From NCBI GenBank assembly GCA_027622665.1, contig JAQBYT010000024.1, forward strand, positions 1 to 55,961: a DNA stretch of 55,961 bases, read 5' to 3'. The notes below the pieces were generated by a model. It was not told where the DNA came from, ran no database searches, and saw nothing but the letters and a program-made list of their open reading frames with translations. Positions 8,959-18,645 of this stretch are shown one piece after another; the first letter of the stretch is position 1, and every line of letters begins with the position of its first letter. The DNA comes from Verrucomicrobiota bacterium. Its GTDB lineage: Bacteria; Verrucomicrobiota; Verrucomicrobiia; Opitutales; Seribacteraceae. The position numbers and the translations under genes were made by a program.

Positions 8959-9714
8959 TCAGGAGGAATCAGGTTTGGTTTTTCGCGTTCTCGAACGAGA
9001 CGGTTTGGTCGCTGTTTTTTCAGCGGAAACTGAAGGCGAGGACTTGGTGGAAGCACGTTTGGAGGAACTTTGCGCCTTTTTCTTCGCCTTCTTTGCATCG
9101 TATTCGGGAATGACCGCGCCACCGGAAATCAACAGCTTCATGCCCTCGCCCAAAGACATGTCCATAGCAAACACTTCTTCTTTGGGAACAAACAGAAGGA
9201 AGCCGCTGGTCGGGTTAGGAGTGGTCGGGACGAAAACGGTGGTCAACTGGCGTCCTATTACGGCTTCGGTCTCACCCTCGGCATCGTTTGTCAGAAAACC
9301 AATCGTGTAGCAGTCTCGGCGGGGATACTCGACCATTACCACTTGATTGAAAACGGCTCGATTTTCTTGTCCGAAGGTATCGACGATTTGCTTCACCGTA
9401 CGATAGACGGTGTTGACGAAAGGCACTCGGCCCAAGATTCTCTCGGCAGAGTTAATGAAGAATTTGCCTAATACGTAATTGGAAAGAAAACCGAGAGAAG
9501 TGAGAGCAAGAACACCGACCAGTAGCCCGACCACAGCCAGCAAAGTCTGCAAGCCAAAGAAGAAGCTCTCTTCCTTAAGCCCCATCCCGCCGGCAAAACG
9601 CATTGCGGGCGTTTCAAACATCTCAAGCAAGAAATTGAGCACGAAGATCGTCGTACCCAAAGGCAGGAAAATAAGAAGACCCGTAAGGAAAGCGTTGCGG
9701 AATTTCTTTAACAT
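8959..9714 (-). CDS. DUF502 membrane protein with Lys/Ser-rich tail
   Basis: FLTGLL, VFVPTTPNPTSGFL, LLISGG. Confidence 0.9.
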   Translation of the reverse strand: MLKKFRNAFLTGLLIFLPLGTTIFVLNFLLEMFETPAMRFAGGMGLKEESFFFGLQTLLAVVGLLVGVLALTSLGFLSNYVLGKFFINSAERILGRVPFVNTVYRTVKQIVDTFGQENRAVFNQVVMVEYPRRDCYTIGFLTNDAEGETEAVIGRQLTTVFVPTTPNPTSGFLLFVPKEEVFAMDMSLGEGMKLLISGGAVIPEYDAKKAKKKAQSSSKRASTKSSPSVSAEKTATKPSRSRTRKTKPDSS

Positions 9715-9741
9715 CGAAGGAAACGAAAGTGAACCGAATGA

Positions 9742-10227
9742 CTATTCGGCAAGCGACTTCGGGGCGAGTCGAAAATCAGGGATAAGGCCTGCTTTTTCAA
9801 TAGCCCCCATGGATTCCCGTTCGGCTTCTCGCATAAGTAAACGGTCTGCGTCTTCCATATCGCCGAACCCGACAAGGTGCAGCCAGCCGTGCACGAGATA
9901 GAGTGTGAGCTCACGGGCAAAGGGTTCACTTCGGGCCACGGCTTCCATTTCGGCTCGCTCTACGGAAACGCAGATTTCACCAGCAAGACCATCGGATGCC
10001 TCGCCCGGAAAGGTGATAACGTCGGTGGGACTGGGATCGGCCAAGAAATCCGCGTGGATGGAAGCCAGTTCCGCATCGCCAAGGAACGCTAGGGACAGCT
10101 CTCCGGCAAGCCCATGATCAGGGCGGGAAGAGTGAAGGTGATCAACAAGAGCTATCAGCGACTCGTTCGTGAAATCGAGGCGCTCAAACCGATTGTTTGC
10201 TTCAAGCCGAATCGGGTTTTCCGACAT
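9742..10227 (-). CDS. ybeY: rRNA maturation RNase YbeY
   Basis: PTDVITF, GEICVS, LVHGWLHLVGFGD. Confidence 0.92.
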   Translation of the reverse strand: MSENPIRLEANNRFERLDFTNESLIALVDHLHSSRPDHGLAGELSLAFLGDAELASIHADFLADPSPTDVITFPGEASDGLAGEICVSVERAEMEAVARSEPFARELTLYLVHGWLHLVGFGDMEDADRLLMREAERESMGAIEKAGLIPDFRLAPKSLAE

Positions 10228-12754
10228 TCTCCACTTTCTTCTCGGAATTTTTCTTCACATTCCGCCTATCTCTATCCCCACCCCTCTTTTTTGGCTTTTC
10301 GTCCTCGGGATACTCGATGCGGGAATGAAGCATATTGAGAATGGTTGAGATGAAACTGGACTTGATCGCGGCGATCTCTTCGAGAGTAAGGGGACACTCA
10401 TCGAGTTGCCCGTCCTCCAATCGATCGACAAAAATAGCTTCCAGGAGTTCCTCCACACTGTGCTTGGTCACCTTGCGCAAGCTACGAGCAGCGGCTTCGA
10501 CGGAATCGGCGAAGAAGATAATGGCGCTTTCGCGAAACCTTGGCTTGGGACCATCGTAGCGGTAGGTGCTTTCGTCGGGTTCGTCCAGGTCGGCGCCCCC
10601 CCCGAGGGGAAGCCTTTCCTGCCGGATCTGTTTTTTGGCTTCGTGATAGAAGTACTTCACCAAGGTGGTCCCATGATGTTGTCGGATAATGTCTCGCACG
10701 ACCTTGGGCAGGCGATGTTCACGAGCCATTTCCACACCTTCCTTCACATGGCTCTTGATGATAAGGGCGCTCATGGCGGGATTTCGTCGAGAATGAGGAT
10801 TCGTGAGAGCCGTCTGATTTTCAGTGAAATAGTCAGGTTGCTTCATCTTGCCAATGTCGTGAAAGAGTGAGCAGGCTCTACACAGCAAAGGATTTGCACC
10901 TACCGCTGCAGCCGCGTTTTCCGCAAGATTCGCCACCATCAAACTATGATGATAACTGCCGGGAGCCTCCACTTGCATCCGACGCAAAAGAGGGTGATTG
11001 TAGTCGGTCAACTCAAAGAGTGTGACGTCGGTGGCGACCTTGAACACGCGCTCGAAAATCGGCAAGGCTCCAAGAACTAGCCCACCCGTAACAAGACCTG
11101 TAAACAATGCCGCAACACTGTGATTGAAGATGGACGTGATGGCGCTCCCCGCAATCAAGCCAATGGCGATAGCAAACACAGCGGCAACCGCGCCCGCCAT
11201 GGTTCCTGCCTTCAGGGCGCTACCCCTGAGACGAACGTCCCTGCAGAAGAAGGCTCCCATGAGGGCAGCCGCCAAAGAAATAACCAGCGACTCGACTCCA
11301 GTATCCTGCATGGCGGAATGGAAGGTACTCGTCATCAACGCGGCGACTGCCCCCATCCGTGGTCCCACGGTAATCATCACGACCATTGAGGAAAATGCCA
11401 CCGGCAACAGATAGGGCAGCATACCCACGAGCATGGGATTACCACCGAAAAGCTCCGTACCTCCGAGTTCGATGACACCACGAGAAATCAATAAGTTGCC
11501 CAACACCGCAGTCGCCACAATACCTGTCTTGGAACCGCTTCGCCAAAAATTCGGGAGAACCAGACTTATATAGAGAAGAGAGCAAAGAAAAGTCGTGCAA
11601 GTCAGCAGGATTCTGCGAGCCAATAGCCCTCTCTCATCTGCCGATAAATCGAGAAACCTCTTATATTTCTCCATGGCGTCTGCAGACACTTCATCGCCCT
11701 TGCGAAGAATAACGTCGCCCTCGCTAACCCCGACTTCGTAATTAGCCGGTTGGATAGCCGCAATCTTGTGATCTTGAGCCTGTACAGTCTTGGATCGATC
11801 CACTGTGCGCAAAAACAATCCTTGACTGGCTAAGGATGAAAAAGCTGCAGCCAATTCATCCCGCAACTGGAGGACCTCGACCGAAGAATTTGAATCGGCC
11901 ATGGCAATAACGTCCCCCAAAGCCAAACCATCTGCCGGGAAAGGTCCGTCTTCTTCGATTCGGGTACGGACCTCGGATATAAAGTTCGCAAAATGAGGGA
12001 AACGAATCCGTACCGGAACCATGTCGAAAAGGAGTTCCAATCCAGCATCTACTCCTCCGATGACAGGTAGATTATTTGCGGTTTCCGACATTCTCTTGGA
12101 GATGGCTAAGGTCGCATTTGCCTCGGAAAGGAATTTTTGATCGGACGAAGGGTTCACCAATACACCCGTAGCATGCAGATGGCCCAAGGTTTCGGTCATT
12201 TCATCGAAGAGCGAGCGCAAACCTGCTTCGCTCCGAACCAGCCCCAGCACTCTCATTTCCTCGGGTGCAACCTCCAAGCGGAAGGTGACCATCAATTCCT
12301 CCCGCAAGGCATCTCGAGCCAAGCTCAAGGATTCGCCCGCCTTCCCCATATTGGCGACCAGTCTATCCTTTAGGAGAATGAGAGACTTGGCAAAGTCTTC
12401 CTCTCCGGCAAAATCGCGGGAATACTCCAGAGGCGTCGAAGTACGGGCCCAAGCCTCAAGCTCCCGCCGAAGAACTCCGCTCGAGTACTTGAAATTTCGA
12501 TCGGAGTAGACGTTTTCGGGCGCCACTTCGCCCAAAGTTCCAACCGTAGGGGGATCCTGCCCCACAAAACAAATGACCACCACGGTAGTCGCAAAAAGAA
12601 GAGTCAAACCCGAGAGCCTTAATCGGTGCCGAAGCAAAGGCCCAAAGGAATAGGCTTTCCCATTATGCTCGTCTTCATCATCGTCGGCGGACTTACGGCG
12701 CCCGCTGCGACGTCCGTTGCCTCGACGAGATTTCCTAGAAAAGAAGTTAACCAT
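10202..12754 (-). CDS. 7TM-HD (HDIG) phosphohydrolase, PgpH-like
   Basis: Extracytoplasmic domain plus multiple TMs; APGSYHHS, HDIGK, HHGTT, YDGPKP, ADSVEAA. Start uncertain (12754 ATG or 12784 TTG). Confidence 0.9.
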   Translation of the reverse strand: MVNFFSRKSRRGNGRRSGRRKSADDDEDEHNGKAYSFGPLLRHRLRLSGLTLLFATTVVVICFVGQDPPTVGTLGEVAPENVYSDRNFKYSSGVLRRELEAWARTSTPLEYSRDFAGEEDFAKSLILLKDRLVANMGKAGESLSLARDALREELMVTFRLEVAPEEMRVLGLVRSEAGLRSLFDEMTETLGHLHATGVLVNPSSDQKFLSEANATLAISKRMSETANNLPVIGGVDAGLELLFDMVPVRIRFPHFANFISEVRTRIEEDGPFPADGLALGDVIAMADSNSSVEVLQLRDELAAAFSSLASQGLFLRTVDRSKTVQAQDHKIAAIQPANYEVGVSEGDVILRKGDEVSADAMEKYKRFLDLSADERGLLARRILLTCTTFLCSLLYISLVLPNFWRSGSKTGIVATAVLGNLLISRGVIELGGTELFGGNPMLVGMLPYLLPVAFSSMVVMITVGPRMGAVAALMTSTFHSAMQDTGVESLVISLAAALMGAFFCRDVRLRGSALKAGTMAGAVAAVFAIAIGLIAGSAITSIFNHSVAALFTGLVTGGLVLGALPIFERVFKVATDVTLFELTDYNHPLLRRMQVEAPGSYHHSLMVANLAENAAAAVGANPLLCRACSLFHDIGKMKQPDYFTENQTALTNPHSRRNPAMSALIIKSHVKEGVEMAREHRLPKVVRDIIRQHHGTTLVKYFYHEAKKQIRQERLPLGGGADLDEPDESTYRYDGPKPRFRESAIIFFADSVEAAARSLRKVTKHSVEELLEAIFVDRLEDGQLDECPLTLEEIAAIKSSFISTILNMLHSRIEYPEDEKPKKRGGDRDRRNVKKNSEKKVENVGKPDSA

Positions 12755-13748
12755 TTTCTTGAGGTCTTTCTCCTTTAGCCTCAACGTCCCGTCGGTTCTT
12801 CTCCCCGTAAGCGTCGTAAGCTCGAATGATGTCGCTTACCAAGGGATGCCGCACCACGTCTCGTTCATCGAATCGGTGAAAGGGAATCTTATCCAAGCCC
12901 TCTAGAATCTTCACGGCTTGGACTAGTCCTGAGTCCCAGCGTCTGGGAAGATCGATTTGGGTAAGATCGCCCGTCACCACCATTTTGCTCCCCTCCCCCA
13001 AACGCGTCAGGAACATCATCATCTGGGAGGACGTTGTATTCTGGGCCTCGTCCAACAAAGCGAAGCACTTGGACAAAGTACGTCCACGGATGTAAGCCAA
13101 CGGAGCGATTTCGACCACTCCGCTTTCCAGTAACTTCCGAGCTTCCACCCCTCCAAGAGACTCGTCCATGGCATCGTAAAGTGGACGAAGGTAGGGTAAT
13201 AATTTTTCCTCCAAATCCCCGGGAAGAAATCCAAGTGCCTCACCCGCTTCAACCGCGGGTCGAGCCAAGATGATTTTTTCGACCTCGCCGCGCAACAAAG
13301 AATCCAAGGCCGCCGCCATCGCAAGAAAAGTCTTTCCCGTACCCGCCGGGCCAAGGCCAAAGACGACGTCGTTCTCCATGATTTTACGCAGGTATTTTTT
13401 TTGACCTAGGTTACGAGGTACCACGCTAGTTTTGTGGAGTTTGAGGACTAGGGGCTTATCGAACAGTTCCCGAAACTCTTCACCCTTGCCCTCCGCCACC
13501 TTGCTCAAAATTCTATTGAAATCGCCATTCCGAGGAGAAAAGCCTTGCTCTCGTCCGACACGCAAAAGCTCGAATAATTCCTCACTTCGAGCCAAGGGCT
13601 CCTCGTCTCCTTCGATTCGCAACACGCCGCCACGGGCGACGAGAGTCGCACCGAGTGCTTTTTCCACCAAACGCAAGTTCTCGGGATTTTCCCCATAGAG
13701 GGAGTGAAGGAAGCGCTCGCTCTCGAATTCGATTTCCGTGAAAGACAT
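12747..13748 (-). CDS. phoH: PhoH family ATPase
   Basis: GPAGTGKT, RPAVEAGEALGFLPG, DEAQN, DVVRHPLV; start at MSFTEIEF. Confidence 0.92.
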   Translation of the reverse strand: MSFTEIEFESERFLHSLYGENPENLRLVEKALGATLVARGGVLRIEGDEEPLARSEELFELLRVGREQGFSPRNGDFNRILSKVAEGKGEEFRELFDKPLVLKLHKTSVVPRNLGQKKYLRKIMENDVVFGLGPAGTGKTFLAMAAALDSLLRGEVEKIILARPAVEAGEALGFLPGDLEEKLLPYLRPLYDAMDESLGGVEARKLLESGVVEIAPLAYIRGRTLSKCFALLDEAQNTTSSQMMMFLTRLGEGSKMVVTGDLTQIDLPRRWDSGLVQAVKILEGLDKIPFHRFDERDVVRHPLVSDIIRAYDAYGEKNRRDVEAKGERPQENG

Positions 13749-13755
13749 GAGCCAG

Positions 13756-14256
13756 TTATCCAAGCCGAGCGGCAACGCAGGCGCAAAGTTTTTCACAGGT
13801 GGCATCAAGGGACTCCGGCAATACTCGAGTATCAGCCAAAACCGGCATGAAATTGGTGTCCGACTTCCAGCGCGGCACGACATGGGCATGCATGTGCGAT
13901 GGTATTCCCGCTCCGCCGGTAGCGCCTTCGTTGATGCCGATGTTGAAACCATCCGGCGAAAAGGCATCATCCAGGATATCCTGGGCAAATGCTATCAAGT
14001 CCATCAAATCCATTCGCTCGTCTGCCCCGAGATCACGCAAGCGAGGAACCTCGCGAAAAGGAACCGCCAGCAAGTGGCCGGGATTGTAGGGATACTTGTT
14101 CAAGATAAGGTAAGCGTACTTAGCTCGATGAACAATGTACACGGCCCGATCGTCCCCATGGGCAGGCAACCTGATGAACGGATTACCATCGTCCTCTCCC
14201 TCCGATGGAACGCTCAAGTACTCCATCCTCCAATAAGCGTGCAAATTGCGCATCAA
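13756..14256 (-). CDS. HIT family hydrolase (Ap4A phosphorylase-like)
   Basis: LNKYPYNPGHLL, GFNIGIN.G..GGAG, HMHAHVVPRW. Confidence 0.9.
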   Translation of the reverse strand: MMRNLHAYWRMEYLSVPSEGEDDGNPFIRLPAHGDDRAVYIVHRAKYAYLILNKYPYNPGHLLAVPFREVPRLRDLGADERMDLMDLIAFAQDILDDAFSPDGFNIGINEGATGGAGIPSHMHAHVVPRWKSDTNFMPVLADTRVLPESLDATCEKLCACVAARLG

Positions 14257-14506
14257 TCAAAATGAGGAAATAAGATGACTTAAAGTCGAAGTAAACGGCT
14301 GAATGACAGACCGGCATGCAAAAAAAGCATAAGGGATGGCTTGGGTTATCCGGATGGATTGAGGAAATCAGAAGTCGCTAAGCCTACCCCGGAGGAAACT
14401 GTTGAGCAAGTACGGATTCCGCATGGAATTTTGAAGAATGAGGTTGCCTTAAGACCACCCTAAGCCATGAGAAGGAAATTATGATTCCGTTTAATCCATT
14501 CGATCG

Positions 14507-15988
14507 GTGAAAGTTCTCTTCGTAAGCCCGGAAGTCTCCCCCTTGGCGAGAACAGGAGGACTCGGCGACGTCGTGGGTGCATTGCCGCCTGTGCTGAAGG
14601 AAGCGGGCGTGGACGTTCGCGTGATCTGCCCTCTGCATCGGGGTTCCCTCGATGGTCTCAAGAGCAAACGCATCGCAGGTAAACTGCGCATCAGGATTGG
14701 CTCCCAACTCTGCTATCCGCGATTAGTGGAAACGCGCCTGCCCGGAACCGATGTCCCCGTCTACCTCATCGAACACAAGGGTTTCTTCGACCGGCCGGAC
14801 ATCTATGCCGGACCCAAAGGGGACTTCCCGGACAATGCCGAACGATCCTTCGTGATTTGTCGATCCGCCATCGACCTTCCGCGACTCGTAGGGTGGACAC
14901 CCGACGTATATCATGCCCACGACTGGATGGCCGCCGCATTGCCCGCTTGCCTGAACGCAATTCCGGTGCTCAAAGGACAAGTCCGAGCCGCCAGCGTGCT
15001 GACAATACATAATCTAGAACACCAAGGATCCTTCTCCCCTGACAAGTTTGAGGTATCAAACTTGCCTCAATCCTACTTTCAAATGGAAGGGTTTGAACAC
15101 TTTGGCAGGTTAAATCTATTAAAGGGAGGGATTCAGCACGCCGACAAGATTACTACCGTGAGTCCAACTTATGCCGAAGAGATTCGCACCGAAATCCACG
15201 GACACGGACTGGACCCCTCTCTCGTCTATCGAGCCGCCGACCTCGTAGGAATTCTCAACGGCATGGACGAAGAAGCATGGAATCCCGCCAAAGACTCGAC
15301 ACTCCCTCACCCGTTCAGCTTGGACACAGTCGAAGCGGGCAAAAAAGCCTGCCGTGAAGCCCTATCGAAAGAATTGAACCTCCCGTACAAACCCTTCCTG
15401 CCTCTCTTCGGTGCGGTTTCAAGACTGTACTGGCAAAAAGGTCTCGATGCACTTGCTGATTCGCTACCCAAGTTGCTTGGGAAAAATGAGTTCCAGCTCG
15501 CATTGCTAGGTAGTGGAGACCCTGTGCAAGAAAAGGCTTTTTCGAACCTTGCAAATCGTTTTCCGGACAGAGTCAGCATCCACATCGGTTTCGACGACGG
15601 GCTCGCTCGACGAATATTCGCCGGCACCGATTTTTTTCTGATGCCGAGCCGATTCGAACCTTGTGGCCTCGCCCAACAATACGCAATGCGGTACGGTTCA
15701 CTCCCCATAGCAAACAGCACGGGAGGGTTGATCGATACGATCAAGGATCTGAAGAAACACCCAAAAACGGCAAACGGTCTGCTCTTGGCGGACATTAAAG
15801 AAGCTTCTCTCCATACTGCATTCAGGAACGCTTGTAAAATATTTGCCGAAGAAAAAAAACTGAAGCTCATGAGGAGGAATGCAATGATGAGAGAGGCATC
15901 TTGGAAAGAACCGGCGGAATCCTATGCAGAGGTCTACAAATGGGCGATGGGGAGAAGCGGCATAAAAGCCAAAGCCGTCTGTGGATAA
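14507..15988 (+). CDS. glgA: Glycogen synthase
   Basis: RTGGLGDV, HAHDW, TIHNL, TTVSPTYAEEI, MPSRFEPCGL. Confidence 0.95.
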   Translation: MKVLFVSPEVSPLARTGGLGDVVGALPPVLKEAGVDVRVICPLHRGSLDGLKSKRIAGKLRIRIGSQLCYPRLVETRLPGTDVPVYLIEHKGFFDRPDIYAGPKGDFPDNAERSFVICRSAIDLPRLVGWTPDVYHAHDWMAAALPACLNAIPVLKGQVRAASVLTIHNLEHQGSFSPDKFEVSNLPQSYFQMEGFEHFGRLNLLKGGIQHADKITTVSPTYAEEIRTEIHGHGLDPSLVYRAADLVGILNGMDEEAWNPAKDSTLPHPFSLDTVEAGKKACREALSKELNLPYKPFLPLFGAVSRLYWQKGLDALADSLPKLLGKNEFQLALLGSGDPVQEKAFSNLANRFPDRVSIHIGFDDGLARRIFAGTDFFLMPSRFEPCGLAQQYAMRYGSLPIANSTGGLIDTIKDLKKHPKTANGLLLADIKEASLHTAFRNACKIFAEEKKLKLMRRNAMMREASWKEPAESYAEVYKWAMGRSGIKAKAVCG

Positions 15989-16078
15989 CTTTTTCCCTTT
16001 CAGCTTGCAGGGTAAAAACGCAACACTCTATGTTGAAGGATTTATTCCTTTTGCCATTGAGCCCAATAGCTCTCCCAT

Positions 16079-18604
16079 ATGCCCAACGGAGATCCATCCC
16101 GCACATTTACTCGCGAAGCAGTTGATTCCTGGCTCTTGAAACTGGTTCGAGCCGACTGGGAACCTCAATTCGCGCAATCCACCTTGGACTCGGGTCGAGA
16201 ACTCTACCTCCAAGGAGCCATTACCGCGATAGACCTGCAACTCGACCAAGCCATCGTCTCCAGAAAGATTCAGCGTAAAGAAACTTATTCAGTAATTGAA
16301 TGGAGCAATGGGAAACCTGCGATGCGCTTCTCAACCCGGGACTCGGAACTGGGAAGCGTCATCGGGATCGCTGGACTGTACGAAATCGAGGAATTGGTAG
16401 GCGAGGAACAAATGCGTCATCCGATCCCCGAAGAGGTCACCACCTCGAAGTCACGGGAGAAAGAGAGCTCAATCGTCGAAAGCCCCGCGACCGATCCAGG
16501 CGAGGGGAAAATGGCCGCCCCCCCCCTCTATTCCCTTGCCGTAGTTCTGGAAATTTCCACTGCGGGTGGGCTTACGGCTATGCCGAAGTGGAAGAAAGGA
16601 CGCTCCCTCACGCCGATATACGGGCCAAACTCACAGCCCAATCTGGAGGGCGTCGACCGGGCAACCCTGTTAAGTTTTGTGGCTAAGGTGGGCCAACGAG
16701 GATTTTCCTTCGAAAAACGAAATGGTCTCTTTCGCCTTAGAAAATGGAAAGCCGTGGCAGAGTTCGCAGAAAACGTGCTACCTCGCTGGCAAAAACATTT
16801 CAGGATCTTGCTAAAGGGAGACGCATCTCTTCTTCCCGAAGGGCAACGCCAGCTGAACTGGGAACTCGAAGCTCGCTCGACGAAAGGCATGGGAATGCGC
16901 GTACGAGAAAAGTTTCGCATTAACAACTTTAAGCTGAACGCCGTTCAATCCCGCCGAATTGGTCGAGCTCGAGGAGGCATCACCTTTGTGCCGGGACAGG
17001 GTCTGGTGCAACTCGCCACGGAACAATTGGAAGACTTCGAATGGTGGCGTCGCGAACGAGACAGCGGCACACAAACACAGTGGCCACGATACATGCTCTT
17101 CTCTCTTTTTGCGCGAAAATATCTAAAGGCAGAGTCCGATGGCGGGCTTGCTCTATGGCAAAAATCAGTAACGGAAGCCGAGAAAGAAACAAGAAACCTT
17201 TCGCTACCCGCCTTTATGCGCCCCTATCAGAAAGAGGGAGCAACTCGCTTAAGAACTCTTCACCGACTGGGTTGCCACGGTCTATTGGCTGATGAAATGG
17301 GTCTCGGTAAAACGATCCAGACGCTGGCGCTGCTGCAAAAAAACACGGCAAAAGACCTTCCCGACCTCGTGGTCTGTCCCGCCGCCGTCGTCCCCGTGTG
17401 GATAAAAGAAGTCAACGAACGTTTTCCCCAAATAAAGGTTCGGGTACTGGGAAAAGGCTCGTTGTTCGAGGATACGGAGGAACGCTGCCTTTGGTTAGCC
17501 AGCTACACGCAACTTAGGAGACATCGAGCATCCCTGGACAATGTACAATTTCGTTACGCCGTATTGGACGAAGCGCAGCTCATCAAGAATCCAAAGGCCA
17601 AGGTGACGCAAGCCTGCGTGGCGATTCAAGCGGAAAGGCGACTCGCCCTATCGGGCACCCCGATCGAAAACACCCCTCTCGATCTCTGGACTATCTTTCG
17701 ATACTTGATGCCGGGTCTACTGGGCAGTCGACGGGAATTGGAACTCGCCCTGCAGGAAAACCCCGACGAAACCGCCGATCAACTTCGCAACCAAGTCTCG
17801 CCGTTCGTGCTTCGCCGAATAAAAGCCGAAGTGGCGAAAGAACTCCCTCCGAAGTGGGAGACAGACCTGCCCTGCCCCTTGACGGAGGAACAAAGTCGGG
17901 AATATCGTATTCTCGTAAACGGCGCCCAAGCCGAACACGGCGATGACCTGCAATCCAGCATAAAGAATGCCCCGACTCATATATTTTCTCTCCTCACTCG
18001 ACTTCGGCAAACCTGTTGCGACGCCTCCCTACTTCCTTGGCGAAAGGGTTCCACGCCCTCCGGCGGCAAGACTGATCTCCTAATGGGGAAACTGCCGGAC
18101 CTGATTGCCTCCGGCTCCAAAACCTTAATCTTCAGCCAGTTCACTTCCTACTTGGCCATACTCAAGAAATTGATTCGCGAAGAGTTGCCGAACGTGCCCC
18201 TTTACCAATTGACTGGAAGCACGCGCGATCGCGGGGTACCGGTTAAAGCGTTCGAGGAAACGACGGGATCAGCCATAATGCTGGCTTCCCTAAAGGCCGC
18301 GGGCCTGGGAGTCACCTTGCGCACGGCGGATTACGTGTTCCTCATGGATCCATGGTGGAATCCAGCGGCCGAAGAGCAGGCGATTGCCCGAGCTCACCGC
18401 ATCGGTCGTGAAAAGCCCACTTTCGTCTATCGATTGATTGCGAAGGGCACGGTGGAGGAAAGAGTATGCGAACTGCAGAGCAAAAAGCGGGAGGCCTTTC
18501 GCCGAATCATCGGCAAAATCGAACCGGTGGGCACACTAACCGAACACTTCTCTTCCTTAAGTGAACTGATCGGATTCCGAGAAGAGCCGTCAAAGACTGT
18601 TTAA
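16079..18604 (+). CDS. SNF2-family helicase
   Basis: LADEMGLGKT, DEAQ, LSGTPIEN, SLKAAGLGVTL, DPWWNPAAEEQA, RAHRIG. Confidence 0.92.
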   Translation: MPNGDPSRTFTREAVDSWLLKLVRADWEPQFAQSTLDSGRELYLQGAITAIDLQLDQAIVSRKIQRKETYSVIEWSNGKPAMRFSTRDSELGSVIGIAGLYEIEELVGEEQMRHPIPEEVTTSKSREKESSIVESPATDPGEGKMAAPPLYSLAVVLEISTAGGLTAMPKWKKGRSLTPIYGPNSQPNLEGVDRATLLSFVAKVGQRGFSFEKRNGLFRLRKWKAVAEFAENVLPRWQKHFRILLKGDASLLPEGQRQLNWELEARSTKGMGMRVREKFRINNFKLNAVQSRRIGRARGGITFVPGQGLVQLATEQLEDFEWWRRERDSGTQTQWPRYMLFSLFARKYLKAESDGGLALWQKSVTEAEKETRNLSLPAFMRPYQKEGATRLRTLHRLGCHGLLADEMGLGKTIQTLALLQKNTAKDLPDLVVCPAAVVPVWIKEVNERFPQIKVRVLGKGSLFEDTEERCLWLASYTQLRRHRASLDNVQFRYAVLDEAQLIKNPKAKVTQACVAIQAERRLALSGTPIENTPLDLWTIFRYLMPGLLGSRRELELALQENPDETADQLRNQVSPFVLRRIKAEVAKELPPKWETDLPCPLTEEQSREYRILVNGAQAEHGDDLQSSIKNAPTHIFSLLTRLRQTCCDASLLPWRKGSTPSGGKTDLLMGKLPDLIASGSKTLIFSQFTSYLAILKKLIREELPNVPLYQLTGSTRDRGVPVKAFEETTGSAIMLASLKAAGLGVTLRTADYVFLMDPWWNPAAEEQAIARAHRIGREKPTFVYRLIAKGTVEERVCELQSKKREAFRRIIGKIEPVGTLTEHFSSLSELIGFREEPSKTV

Positions 18605-18645
18605 ATAGCCCCGGCCATCGGATCGGGAATACCTGCGAGAAAATC

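Noticed and set aside
12747..13988. 413-aa PhoH as given by the ORF track
   Set aside because: The N-terminal 80 aa overlap the HIT gene; the ATG at 13748 is the plausible start.
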